DNA of 64,000 nucleotides, from contig JABDGV010000002.1 in the NCBI GenBank assembly GCA_013285825.1, forward strand, positions 36,581 to 100,580, given 5' to 3'. Position 1 is the first letter of the stretch, and every line of letters starts with the position of its first letter. This document shows positions 1 through 9,559 of the stretch, one piece after another. The notes under the pieces were generated by a model that was not told the origin of the DNA, made no database searches, and saw nothing but the letters and a program-made list of their open reading frames with translations. This DNA comes from Bacteroidota bacterium (GTDB taxonomy: Bacteria > Chlamydiota > Chlamydiia > Chlamydiales > FEN-1388). Position numbers and translations under genes: made by a program.

Positions 1-2
1 TT

Positions 3-428
3 ACAAAAATTCGACGACTTGTGGCAAGTAGTGTGCAGGGGCTTAAATTTGAAAACGTGACAGTTATTCCCGACAGGGCTCGATTTGCTGAATCAACTGC
101 GCAAAAAGCAGCGGCCAACCAGGGCAATGTTGATCTTGCCCGTGTGTGGACTATTGTACTTGCTCAAGAATCGATCTCAAGATTTCAGTTCATTTTCTTT
201 AGTTTGACGATTCTTTGTTGTATTTTTGTTTTTACTACGGCATGGCTCGCTTGGAAGCTCGTTCCCTTAGCTGCACACCACGGCGGAGTTTCCAAAATTT
301 TTTCTATACATCCTATCGAAGAGATGGAGAAAGAATCTGAAGAAAAGCCTGTCGCAACTGAGAAGACAGAAGAGAAAAAGGAAGAAGATAAGGGTCCTAA
401 AGTTCAAGAGAATATTGAGTCGATGTAA
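3..428 (+). CDS. sctJ: Type III secretion inner-ring lipoprotein SctJ/CdsJ, C-terminal part (5' truncated by window)
   Basis: Frame open from the window edge (TKIRRLVASSVQGLKFENVTVI, typical SctJ RBM2 end), then a C-terminal TM helix; first gene of the sctJ-K-L-R-S-T order. Confidence 0.85.
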   Translation, partial: TKIRRLVASSVQGLKFENVTVIPDRARFAESTAQKAAANQGNVDLARVWTIVLAQESISRFQFIFFSLTILCCIFVFTTAWLAWKLVPLAAHHGGVSKIFSIHPIEEMEKESEEKPVATEKTEEKKEEDKGPKVQENIESM

Positions 429-433
429 TACGT

Positions 434-1243
434 ATGAACCATCTTCGTGAAGTTACAAACTCTTTTGGTCTGTTGAATAACGATTCCTTTCTCGCGTTTT
501 TGTCTGAAGTAGATCTAAACAACCTTGGATCAACGGATGAAAATAAATCTGCCTCTATACTAGATCCAAGAACCCCATTAGAAGTTCTTCATCCCTCCTG
601 GGTTAAGTGGAAAATTGTTCAATTGCCAAACAAAGAGCGGTCATTTTTTGAACCCTTGCATGAGAAAATAATGACCTCGGGGGCAATTCCAGAGGAAATG
701 AGAGTACTGCTTCTATCGCATCTATTTAATACTCAAGAAGATTATGCGCTCCCGGATAAATCGCATGTCACAGATTCTCCTTTAGCAGTTCTTCTTGATA
801 AGCCTCGCGGCTTCTTTGATTCACTCTTCATGTGTATGGGGTGCCATTTTTTAGCTCAAGGGTTGCGTAAGGTAATCGGTAAAAAAGAGATCGACAAGGT
901 TTTAAATAGCCTCGACATAACTTCACAGCGCTATTTGCGAAAACTTCTCTTTGCACCAAAGAAAATGGCTGTAGCGACGATAGAAGTTAAATCCTTGGAA
1001 GATCAGCCTGAAGCGCTTAAAATCCAAGTTTTTGAGTCTGGGAAACAAGTTTTTGAACAGCTTTTAAAGGCACAAAGCGATGAATTTCGTTGGTATTTTT
1101 TTAGGCGTTATGAAGTTGAATTTGCCCAAGAGCTATCCTATCAAAAAATGGATACGATAGAAGGTCTCGACCCTAAGTCGGTTGATGCCTGGAATACTAA
1201 TGTATGCATGATTGTGAAGTATCTTGAAACTGTAGGAGAGTAA
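434..1243 (+). CDS. Chlamydial T3SS-associated protein between sctJ and sctL (CT560-like, probable SctK/CdsK)
   Basis: 269-aa ORF tightly coupled between sctJ and sctL; assignment is positional. Confidence 0.6.
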   Translation: MNHLREVTNSFGLLNNDSFLAFLSEVDLNNLGSTDENKSASILDPRTPLEVLHPSWVKWKIVQLPNKERSFFEPLHEKIMTSGAIPEEMRVLLLSHLFNTQEDYALPDKSHVTDSPLAVLLDKPRGFFDSLFMCMGCHFLAQGLRKVIGKKEIDKVLNSLDITSQRYLRKLLFAPKKMAVATIEVKSLEDQPEALKIQVFESGKQVFEQLLKAQSDEFRWYFFRRYEVEFAQELSYQKMDTIEGLDPKSVDAWNTNVCMIVKYLETVGE

Positions 1244-1249
1244 ACAGTA

Positions 1250-1921
1250 GTGGAAACTAAAAAACGCTATTTTGCCTTATTACGAGAGCCTGGCAAGCCC
1301 ACTGAAGTGGCAACAGCTCCCTACAGCCATGTTATTCCCGCTAAAGAATTTTCTGAGCTTGTCTCTGGCCAGGAGCTTCTCGCAATCGTTCAAAAAGATG
1401 CCTTGGATTATAGACAAAAAGTCACAGAAGAATGTGAAAAAATCAAGGAAGAGGCCCATCGCGATGGATTTGCAGCCGGATTTCAAGCATGGGGAGAGAT
1501 GATTGCGCTTTTAGAAAAAGAGATTGCACGAGTTCGCGATGAGATGCAGAAGAGCATTATGCCAATTTCTGTGAGGGCTGCTAAGAAGATTGTAGGCGCT
1601 GAAATTAAACAAAGACCGGAAGCTATTGAAGAAATTGTGATGGCAACCGCCAAGGTTGTTGCGCAACATAAAAAAATTGTTATCTACGTCTGCCATCAAG
1701 ATTTTGCGCAGCTTGAGAGTGGAAAGAATAAGCTTAAGAATGTCTTTGAAGAGCTTGAGTCGCTTTCTATTCGTGAACGGGATGATTTGACCCCTGGTGA
1801 TTGTATTATTGAGACTGAAGGGGGTATTATAAATGCCCGACTGCAGGATCGTTGGCTGACGCTAGAAGCAGCCCTACAGTCCATGCAGGAGTCTATTGGT
1901 GTAAAAGGTGGTTCAAAGTGA
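1250..1921 (+). CDS. sctL: T3SS stator SctL (FliH/YscL family)
   Basis: AHRDGFAAGF repeat and C-terminal GDCIIETEGGIINARL motif. Confidence 0.92.
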   Translation: METKKRYFALLREPGKPTEVATAPYSHVIPAKEFSELVSGQELLAIVQKDALDYRQKVTEECEKIKEEAHRDGFAAGFQAWGEMIALLEKEIARVRDEMQKSIMPISVRAAKKIVGAEIKQRPEAIEEIVMATAKVVAQHKKIVIYVCHQDFAQLESGKNKLKNVFEELESLSIRERDDLTPGDCIIETEGGIINARLQDRWLTLEAALQSMQESIGVKGGSK

Positions 1922-2829
1922 AAAATGCACTGCTGAAATATGCGTTTTTGAAAAAAGCACTGATTGCAATTTTGTTTGTGATGTTTTCAACTTTTTCTCT
2001 CTATGGGGCTGATGACGAGCCTGAGCTCGGGGCGCCAAAACAAGAAATGACTCCTCAGTTAGTTGTTCCTAAGGCCAATATCATGACACGGGCTCCTGTT
2101 AAGGTGGAAAAAACCGAAGAGGCTTCAAAGGCAGGAAATTTATTGAACTTTGAGGGGCTTCAGCGACCATCTCTAGTAATTCAGGGTACAGCGATTGTCT
2201 TTATGTCGCTCCTTCCGTTCATCATTATGATTTTGTCCTCTTTTGTGAAGATCGTTGTCGTTTTGTCTCTTTTACGAAATGCCTTGGGCGTTCAGCAAGC
2301 ACCTCCAAACCAGGTTATCAACGGTATTGCCTTTCTTTTGAGTTTATATGTCATGTTCCCAACAGGCGTGAAAATGTATGATGCGGCTCAAGAGACAATA
2401 GCAAAAGATATACCCAAGGAGCTTTTTTCATCAGACTCAGCAGCCTATGTTGTAGCAGTAGTTGATAAAGCCAAAGAACCTTTCCGAGAATTTTTAAAGA
2501 ATAATTCACTTGTTAAGCACCAGAGGCTTTTTTATAAAATTGTCTATAAGCTCTTGCCTGAAAACTATCGGGATCAGCTCAGACCTGACGATTTTATGCT
2601 TTTGGTTCCCGCCTTTATAACTACGCAGTTGAAGAATGCTTTTGAAATCGGGGTTTTGATCTATATTCCCTTCTTTGTTATTGACTTAGTTGTATCCAAT
2701 ATTTTGCTCGCGATGGGTATGATGATGCTTTCGCCTGTGACTATTTCCATGCCATTGAAGCTGTTCTTATTGGTTATGCTCGATGGCTGGACATTGCTTA
2801 TTGAAGGCCTTGTTTCAACATTTAGATAA
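1918..2829 (+). CDS. sctR: T3SS export apparatus protein SctR (FliP family)
   Basis: SFVKIVVVLSLLRNALGVQQAPPNQV and FEIGVLIYIPFFVIDLVVSNILLAMGMMMLSP motifs; GTG at 1918 overlaps the sctL stop. Confidence 0.96.
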   Translation: MKNALLKYAFLKKALIAILFVMFSTFSLYGADDEPELGAPKQEMTPQLVVPKANIMTRAPVKVEKTEEASKAGNLLNFEGLQRPSLVIQGTAIVFMSLLPFIIMILSSFVKIVVVLSLLRNALGVQQAPPNQVINGIAFLLSLYVMFPTGVKMYDAAQETIAKDIPKELFSSDSAAYVVAVVDKAKEPFREFLKNNSLVKHQRLFYKIVYKLLPENYRDQLRPDDFMLLVPAFITTQLKNAFEIGVLIYIPFFVIDLVVSNILLAMGMMMLSPVTISMPLKLFLLVMLDGWTLLIEGLVSTFR

Positions 2830-2842
2830 GGACTTTTAAGGT

Positions 2843-3121
2843 ATGTTTCAAACACAGATTGTTCAGCTGTCATATCAGGGGCTTCTCTTGATTCTTATCC
2901 TTTCTGCGCCGCCAGTTCTTATTTCCATGTTTTTAGGAACTGTGGTTGCCATTTTCCAGGCTGCAACCCAAATCCAAGAGCAGACGCTTTCATTTGTTGT
3001 TAAGCTTGTCTCTGTAACTCTTACACTGATGTTTTTAGGAGGCTGGCTCGGGCAGCAGATTTTTAGCTTTTCAGCAAATATATTTACAAACTTCGCTGTC
3101 TGGAGTTTGGGAGCAGGATAA
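2843..3121 (+). CDS. sctS: T3SS export apparatus protein SctS (FliQ family)
   Basis: FQAATQIQEQTLSFVVKL motif, 92 aa, two TM helices. Confidence 0.96.
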   Translation: MFQTQIVQLSYQGLLLILILSAPPVLISMFLGTVVAIFQAATQIQEQTLSFVVKLVSVTLTLMFLGGWLGQQIFSFSANIFTNFAVWSLGAG

Positions 3122-3198
3122 TCATTACCTTTGTAATCTTTCTTTCGATGTAAATTCCCTTTTTTCGTTATACTCGTCCCAATAACTATTTTGTGAGC

Positions 3199-4134
3199 AT
3201 GAAACAATTTTTTAAATTTCAGAATCTTGTCTTGTTGGCCATCCTGGGAGTCCTCTCCTTTGCTGTTGGAAGGTTTATTCATTTTGATAAGAAGATCTCC
3301 GAGCTTGCACGGCCTGCAAAGCTGTTTGCAATCAGCAATGTGCAATCAAATTTTCCAAACGATCCGAGATGGGATGTAAAGCTCTCAGATGAGCGTGACA
3401 CCTTTTTTTATGTTGTCAGCCAGCAGCAATTTAACTGGCTTGGCCGTGGAGCACAAGCCGTTGTATTTGAAAGCCAAGATGGCCGTTATGTCCTCAAGTT
3501 ATTCCAACTTGGACGCCTTCGTTCAGTTCAAAAGCCAAGGCCATTTTGGAAGAGGTGGTTTTCAAAAGAAGAAGCTTCCCAGCAGCAAAGACGTATTGAC
3601 CATCGTGAAGAGATCTTTTCCAGCTCAAAGCTCTGTTTTGAAGAGGTTCCTGAAGAGACTGGGATTGTTTATGTTCACTTGAACAGAACAAGAAACAAGA
3701 TTAAGGGTGTTAAGCTTGTCGATCGCTTTGGGCAGTCGCACCGTATTCGAGGCGACGATGCCTGTTTTGTTCTCCAGAAAAAAGCAGTCTATTTAATTCC
3801 GACCATCACCAAGCTTATGGACGATGGAGAAATAGACCAGGCTCAAGAGCGCGTTGACCAAGTTATTGACCTTCTCCTCACAATGGCTCAAAAAGGCTTT
3901 ACTGATAATGACGACGCTCTTATCCGCAACAACAACCTCGGATTTACTCATGATCGAGCGGTCTATATTGATACGGGCCACTTGAGCAAAAATCCTGATT
4001 TGAATGTCTTAAGCCGAATGAACTATGAATTTGATGTTCGCTTATACCCATTCGAAATGTGGTTGAATCAGACCTATCCTGAGCTTGCCGATCACTATCG
4101 CACTAAAAGAGATGAGGTGCTCGCCTCGCTTTAG
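3199..4134 (+). CDS. Membrane-anchored or exported protein kinase-like hypothetical protein
   Basis: N-terminal hydrophobic segment; LGRGAQAVV Gly-loop, YVLK lysine, D...N loop and YIDTG (DxG) in kinase order. Confidence 0.6.
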   Translation: MKQFFKFQNLVLLAILGVLSFAVGRFIHFDKKISELARPAKLFAISNVQSNFPNDPRWDVKLSDERDTFFYVVSQQQFNWLGRGAQAVVFESQDGRYVLKLFQLGRLRSVQKPRPFWKRWFSKEEASQQQRRIDHREEIFSSSKLCFEEVPEETGIVYVHLNRTRNKIKGVKLVDRFGQSHRIRGDDACFVLQKKAVYLIPTITKLMDDGEIDQAQERVDQVIDLLLTMAQKGFTDNDDALIRNNNLGFTHDRAVYIDTGHLSKNPDLNVLSRMNYEFDVRLYPFEMWLNQTYPELADHYRTKRDEVLASL

Positions 4135-4300
4135 CTGATATCTCACCTTTAGATTGGTCTTTAGCCATCTTGTTTACCTCGTCTTCCAAAGAGGATGTAG
4201 ATGGCTATTGTATTCCAGTTAGAAAGATCATCTATCTTTTTTGACTATTGTTGACTTAAGATTTAGGTGGAGTGATCTTTTTTCACTAAGGTAAATTAAA

Positions 4301-5185
4301 ATGCAGATGGGGCTCGATTACGTTCGGCTATTTATGGAGGGTTCAGAACGCACAGGTTCTCCTCTGTCTGTACTTTCTGTCTGTTTTCTTGGAATTGCTC
4401 GAATTGCCCCCATAATCACACTCTCTCCCTTCTTTGGGGCGAGGATCATGCCAACGGCTGCTAAAATTGGGCTTGCTATCTGCTTTTTATCTATGATCTT
4501 GCCCAAGATGGTCTTTACTATGACCACGGCAATTCCTTTTAATGAAACGATGCTGCTTCTCTTTTGTAAAGAGATCTTGATTGGCGCAGTTTTAGGATTT
4601 TTTTCAGGCCTTCCCTTTTTAATCGTTTCATCTTCTGGGGTATTAATTGACCACCAGAGGGGCGCTGCAAGCCTTATGACGAATGACCCAACTATTCAGA
4701 ACCAGTCTTCGCCTATAGGTACTCTATATAATTTTCTGCTGATTACTATCTTCTACGCGATGGACGGCCCTTTTTATATTATTCAAGCGCTCTTTGAATC
4801 TTATGATATACTTCCCTACGATAAGTTTGCATGGCCTGCCTTCTTGTACGAACAGAGTTTTATTCACGATAAGATTGTTAAATGCCTTCAGATCTTTGTG
4901 GCCCTTACCTTGCAACTATGCGCCCCTCCCATTATCGCCATTTTGATGACGGATACCTTCCTAGGTGTTATCAACCGATTAGCACCCCAGGTGCAGATTA
5001 CCTTCTTAGGTATGGGGTTGAAGTCTTGGCTTGCTATCTTAATGGTGTGCATCGGCCTTTATCCTTTTGTCGATCAGCTTCATAAGCAGATTATCAAGTG
5101 GCTTATCGAGTTTCATGATATAGTCCTTGCGCTGGGGCAGAAGGGCCCCGGAGATATTGTGCCCTCAGTCTTACCCGAACTTTAG
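4301..5185 (+). CDS. sctT: T3SS export apparatus protein SctT (FliR family)
   Basis: KEILIGAVLG, GVLIDHQRGA and LGVINRLAPQVQI motifs; multiple TM helices. Confidence 0.95.
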   Translation: MQMGLDYVRLFMEGSERTGSPLSVLSVCFLGIARIAPIITLSPFFGARIMPTAAKIGLAICFLSMILPKMVFTMTTAIPFNETMLLLFCKEILIGAVLGFFSGLPFLIVSSSGVLIDHQRGAASLMTNDPTIQNQSSPIGTLYNFLLITIFYAMDGPFYIIQALFESYDILPYDKFAWPAFLYEQSFIHDKIVKCLQIFVALTLQLCAPPIIAILMTDTFLGVINRLAPQVQITFLGMGLKSWLAILMVCIGLYPFVDQLHKQIIKWLIEFHDIVLALGQKGPGDIVPSVLPEL

Positions 5186-5192
5186 AGGTTGA

Positions 5193-5933
5193 ATGAAACC
5201 CTCATCTACTTTTTCTTTCAAAAGCCAAACATTTGTTGATTTAACCCACCCTCTCAATGCTCAAGTGGCTACCTGGGTTGGTTCTTGTGGCTTTCAGCAT
5301 ATCCTAAAACGCGATCATGATGATTGTTCAACACAAACAAAATTCCGATCTTTTAGGGTTGAAATGAATGCAGGCATTGGAACGCATATGGATGCGCCCA
5401 CTCACTGCTTTCCCAATGGCATAAGCATTGCTGAAATCCCCTTAAAGGAGCTTGTGCTGCCCATTGTGGTTCTTAATGTTGCTGAAAAGGCAGATGTCGA
5501 TTACCAAATCACCGTCCAAGACGTTCTGGATTTTGAATCAAAGCATGGGCTTATTCCTTCCCGCTCTCTCGTGATTGGGTATACGGGCTGGAGCCGTTTC
5601 TGGAATGCTCCTGAGAAGTACAGAAATGCAGATTCGTCCGGACAGGTTCATTTCCCAACTTTTAGCAAAGAGGCAGCTCAAATACTGTTTGAGAGGAAGA
5701 TTTCTGGTATAGGAATAGATACATTATCACCTGATACAGGTACCCTTGGCTACTTTCCTACCCATGAAATTTTTTTAGGCGCTGGCAAATACATTATCGA
5801 AAATGTTGCTAACGCAGATCTTCTTCCTCCTGTTGGCGCTTGGGCTATTGCCCTTCCTTTAAAGATTGAGAATGGATCTGAAGCGCCTGTTCGTTTAATT
5901 GGATTTTATGAGGAGTTTACTGATGAGCATTAA
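5193..5933 (+). CDS. Cyclase-family metal hydrolase (kynurenine formamidase-like)
   Basis: DLTHPL, GTHMDAPTH, GIDTLSPD, IIENV and GSEAPVR motifs. Confidence 0.88.
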   Translation: MKPSSTFSFKSQTFVDLTHPLNAQVATWVGSCGFQHILKRDHDDCSTQTKFRSFRVEMNAGIGTHMDAPTHCFPNGISIAEIPLKELVLPIVVLNVAEKADVDYQITVQDVLDFESKHGLIPSRSLVIGYTGWSRFWNAPEKYRNADSSGQVHFPTFSKEAAQILFERKISGIGIDTLSPDTGTLGYFPTHEIFLGAGKYIIENVANADLLPPVGAWAIALPLKIENGSEAPVRLIGFYEEFTDEH

Positions 5934-6321
5934 AAAAGTTGATACTGAACAGGCGCCTGCTGCTATTGGGCCCTATTCTCAAGCAATTGTGGTTAAGTCT
6001 TTCCAGTCATTAGTGTTTGTATCTGGGCAGCTCCCAATTAATCCTCAAACGGGAGAGCTTCTTGAAGGCGATATTAGGGCATTAACAAAACAGGTTCTTA
6101 ATAATATAGAGGCTATTTTAAAAGCTTCAGGATCAAGCATGAGCCAAGTGGTTCGAACAGATGTATTCTTGAAGGAATTAATGAGGGATTTTGTCGGCAT
6201 GAACGAAGAATATGCCAACCGCTTCAACACTTTAACACCTCCTGCCCGTCAAACTATTCAGGCGGCAGAGCTGCCTAAAGGGTCATTAATCGAAATTTCC
6301 TGCATAGCGGTTTGCAATTGA
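5923..6321 (+). CDS. ridA: RidA/YjgF/UK114 enamine-imine deaminase
   Basis: APAAIGPYSQA, VSGQLP, PARQTI and LIEISCIA motifs. Confidence 0.92.
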   Translation: MSIKKVDTEQAPAAIGPYSQAIVVKSFQSLVFVSGQLPINPQTGELLEGDIRALTKQVLNNIEAILKASGSSMSQVVRTDVFLKELMRDFVGMNEEYANRFNTLTPPARQTIQAAELPKGSLIEISCIAVCN

Positions 6322-6333
6322 GACATCTATAGC

Positions 6334-6496
6334 GAGCCTTTTGCAAAACTCCATTCGATTGTTAAAACCGATCTTTTGTTGCGGCTGCTCTTCCCTCTTC
6401 CTCGTCTACCCAACAGGGTATGTCATCGTAAGAGGGAAGAGCAGCCGCAATAAAATCTTCGATTTTTCCAAACAAAGCGAGGTTTGCAAAAGGCTC
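6334..6496. mobile_element. ~163-bp palindromic MITE-like element
   Basis: Terminal arms gagccttttgcaaa/tttgcaaaaggctc and inner arms ttgcggctgctcttccctctt/aagagggaagagcagccgcaa. Confidence 0.7.
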
Positions 6497-6548
6497 TTTC
6501 CATTAATATTTCTTTTCCGTAACTAGAAAACTTTACGGAAGGTGTTCT

Positions 6549-7592
6549 ATGAGAAAGAGAGTATTACTTGCTTTAAGCATACTGTTGGCTTGTTCGGGCA
6601 GTATCATGAAAGGCAGCGAAACTATCGAGACGCTTTCTCTGGATATCATTTCTTATGAGGCTTTTCAAAAAGAAGATCCTCAATCTCTGATCGTACTGAA
6701 ATCTGCTTTATATGAAAAAGGCATCGTAGGGATTAAAGCTGTTCCAGGATACAAAGAAAAGCTTTTGAAGTTTATTGAAACAGCTCGTGAATTTTCAGCG
6801 CTTCCAGAAGAGATAAAAGAGTCGTATGCCCCTAATCATGCTCTAGGCGAGACATTCCTCGGTTATGAAAAAGGCAAAGAGAAATTTAAGCGTCCCGATG
6901 GCAGATGGGTTGTAGATGATCTCAAAGTCTCCTACTACGGATTTGTTCCAGATAGCTTACTCAACAAATGGCCTTTGGAAGTTGATTTAAGAACTCCCTT
7001 TCAAGATTTGGGATTCTTGATGTCTGAGATGGGAGAGGCTGTCATGAAGAAAATTGGGCTTTTAGGGCCTGATACGGGAATTTCTTTAGATGGCGTTCCC
7101 CGATTAGGACGCATGCTCTACTATCGCAAAAGTGGAAATAGCGCAGTTGAGAACCCTTTTTGGTGCGGGGCTCATTTAGACCATGGAATGTTTACGACAC
7201 TCCTTCCAGCCTTTTATTTTGCAAACGGGGAGGCAATTCCTGAACCAGAGGAGGCAGGACTCTTTGTTAGAACATCTCAAGACAAGGGCTTTAAGAAAGT
7301 TATAGCTGATGACATAGATGTCATGATGTTTCAGGTGGGAGAGTTTGGCCAGCTTGCTACGAACGACGGTATCAGAGCAACTGAACATAGAGTGCATAAG
7401 GCTTTTGGTTGTGTTGAACGCTATACAATGGCTCTCTTTTTTGATGCCCCGATGGAGAGTGTCATCCATTCATATTCAGAGTTAACTCAAGATATTCGCT
7501 ATGGTGGGGGCCCCGGTGATCCTTGTTCTTATCGGCAGTGGAATGAGGAATCATTCAAACGCTATGTAGTGAAAGATGAGAGTAAAAACTAG
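6549..7592 (+). CDS. 2OG-Fe(II) dioxygenase (isopenicillin N synthase-like) with N-terminal signal peptide
   Basis: HxD (AHLDHG), distal His (ATEHRV) and ERYT 2OG-binding motif; MRKRVLLALSILLAC leader. Confidence 0.85.
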   Translation: MRKRVLLALSILLACSGSIMKGSETIETLSLDIISYEAFQKEDPQSLIVLKSALYEKGIVGIKAVPGYKEKLLKFIETAREFSALPEEIKESYAPNHALGETFLGYEKGKEKFKRPDGRWVVDDLKVSYYGFVPDSLLNKWPLEVDLRTPFQDLGFLMSEMGEAVMKKIGLLGPDTGISLDGVPRLGRMLYYRKSGNSAVENPFWCGAHLDHGMFTTLLPAFYFANGEAIPEPEEAGLFVRTSQDKGFKKVIADDIDVMMFQVGEFGQLATNDGIRATEHRVHKAFGCVERYTMALFFDAPMESVIHSYSELTQDIRYGGGPGDPCSYRQWNEESFKRYVVKDESKN

Positions 7593-7616
7593 AGTTTCAC
7601 CGATCTACAAAACAAA

Positions 7617-7714
7617 AATAACAGGATATTAGGATAGTCAGGATAAAAAGTTAACTAATTAATAGTTTAATGAAATTTGTTATCTTATCCTGACCATCAT
7701 AATATCCCGTTATT
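7617..7714. repeat. Inverted repeat with 30-bp arms built of AGGAT units
   Basis: aataacaggatattaggatagtcaggataa (7617-7646) vs ttatcctgaccatcataatatcccgttatt (7685-7714), 3 mismatches. Confidence 0.75.
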
Positions 7715-7771
7715 TTCTTTCTAAAATTTTATTAAATGGTTTAGGCTTTCATTAATATTGGAGAAAATATC

Positions 7772-8155
7772 ATGCGTCAATTTTTAACAGCTTTTATTGC
7801 AGCTACTGCACTTCTCGTTGCACCTATATCTGCACAAGAACAGTGTGTACAAGAACAGTGCGCGCATATTGAAGCTATGCTCCAAATGAAGCAAGCCAAT
7901 GTAGCGCAAGGGACTATAATCTATTCGATAACCTTTCAAGGAAATAGCGCGATCCAAACAAGCACTTTGCAACAGCAGCTTAAGATAAACCCTAATACCG
8001 AATACAGTTTTCATGGGTTTACTAAAGCTGTCCGCAGGGTACAAATCTATTATATGAACAACAATTTTCCGCAGGCAAAGGCGACCTACCAAGTGTTTCC
8101 TTCAGCTGTTGATGGGCAAATTGCTATTGTGATCACGATTCAGGAAGGTGCTTAG
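7772..8155 (+). CDS. Small secreted single POTRA-domain protein
   Basis: Signal peptide; IYSITFQGN...YMNNNFPQAKA...IVITIQEG fits the POTRA pattern. Confidence 0.7.
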   Translation: MRQFLTAFIAATALLVAPISAQEQCVQEQCAHIEAMLQMKQANVAQGTIIYSITFQGNSAIQTSTLQQQLKINPNTEYSFHGFTKAVRRVQIYYMNNNFPQAKATYQVFPSAVDGQIAIVITIQEGA

Positions 8156-8168
8156 ATCGATCCGGTAT

Positions 8169-9407
8169 TTAAGGATTGAGTTGCTTGAGGACCATCTTTA
8201 GTGCTGCAAAAAATCGATCGAGATCTTCTTCATTATTATAGAAGGCAAGGGATGCTCGAAGAGCTGAATCGCAGCCAAAACGGCGCAATATTGGCTGTCC
8301 GCAAAGATGTCCCGAACGGATGGCAACTCCTTGAAGATCGAGTAGAGTGGCAGCATCGAGGGGATGGACGCCCTCAATTGTAAAAGTTGCAAGCGCACCT
8401 CGCATCTTCGCCTTTCCAATAAGCTTCAACCCTTTTATTTGGCTTAAACCTGAAAGCAGCTTTTCCAAGAGATGATGCTCCCAAGCCTTAATTGCTTGAA
8501 GATCCAAGCTCGTAAGGTAATCAAGAGCTGCTCCAAGACCAATTGCTTCAGCAATGATGGGAGTGCCCGGTTCAAATTTGACTGGCGTAGTATTGTAGGT
8601 TGTTTTTTCAAACGTTACTCGATCGATCATATCGCCGCCGCCTCGCGAGGGAGCTAGCTTTTCAAGCAGTTCAAGACGGCCCCAAAGCACACCTATACCA
8701 GTTGGTCCCACCATTTTATGGCCTGAGCAGGCAAAAAAGTCGCAGCCAAGGGTCTGTAGATCTATTGGTTCATGCGAGGCGCTCTGTGCCCCATCAAGAA
8801 CGACAAGCGCTCCATGTCTATGGGCGAGGGCTGCAATTTGTTCTACAGGATTGCAGGTGCCTAAGATATTGGCGATATGGGGAAAGCTGACGACAGCGAC
8901 CGACTGAGAGTTAAGGATTTTTTCAAAGGCATCCATATCAATTTCGCCCGAATCAAGAACAGGACAGACTGCAAGTTTGAGCGAATACTGCTCAGAGATC
9001 ATCTGCCATGGGACGATATTTGAGTGGTGCTCCATCTCGGTTATGAGGATTGTTTGGCCAGGTTTTAAATAGCTTTGAGCAAGGCTAAAGGCCAAAATAT
9101 TTAAGCTATCGGTTGTTCCACGGGTAAAGATTATTTCTCGCGAAGAAAAGGCATTAAAGAAAGATGCAACCTTTTCACGTGCACTTTGGTAAAGGCCGCT
9201 TGCCTCTTGGGCAGTGGAATAGACTGCTCGATGGACGGTTCCATACTGTTCACGGTAAAAGGTGCTGATTGTGTCGATGACTGAGTTGGGCTTATGTGTC
9301 GTTGCAGCGCTATCGAGATAGGTGAAGGGCTTTCCATGGATCTTCTTTGCGAGCATGGGGAAGTCGACCCTTGCATCTTTAATACGCTGAATTTGTTGAG
9401 TACTCAT
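8169..9407 (-). CDS. sufS: Cysteine desulfurase SufS
   Basis: YLDSAATTHKP, SGHKM (PLP lysine) and RSGHLC motifs; last gene of the suf operon. Confidence 0.96.
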   Translation of the reverse strand: MSTQQIQRIKDARVDFPMLAKKIHGKPFTYLDSAATTHKPNSVIDTISTFYREQYGTVHRAVYSTAQEASGLYQSAREKVASFFNAFSSREIIFTRGTTDSLNILAFSLAQSYLKPGQTILITEMEHHSNIVPWQMISEQYSLKLAVCPVLDSGEIDMDAFEKILNSQSVAVVSFPHIANILGTCNPVEQIAALAHRHGALVVLDGAQSASHEPIDLQTLGCDFFACSGHKMVGPTGIGVLWGRLELLEKLAPSRGGGDMIDRVTFEKTTYNTTPVKFEPGTPIIAEAIGLGAALDYLTSLDLQAIKAWEHHLLEKLLSGLSQIKGLKLIGKAKMRGALATFTIEGVHPLDAATLLDLQGVAIRSGHLCGQPILRRFGCDSALRASLAFYNNEEDLDRFFAALKMVLKQLNP

Positions 9408-9429
9408 AAGTAAGACAATCTTTAAAAGT

Positions 9430-9559
9430 TTAAACGCAAAGACGCAAAGATGCGAAGACGCAGAGAAAGAAAAGAGAACATGTCCTGAAGGTTCATCGTG
9501 GACTAATCATTTTTGTTGCCTTCTCTCTCGCCTTAGCGTCTTTGTGCCTTTGCGTTTAA
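9430..9559. repeat. Inverted repeat with arms of four 8-bp ACGCAAAG-like units
   Basis: ttaaacgcaaagacgcaaagatgcgaagacgcagag ... ctctcgccttagcgtctttgtgcctttgcgtttaa between sufD and sufS. Confidence 0.75.

Noticed and set aside
1852-2160. N-terminal extension of SctR as a novelty
   Set aside because: Signal-peptide-like extensions are known for FliP-type and chlamydial SctR proteins
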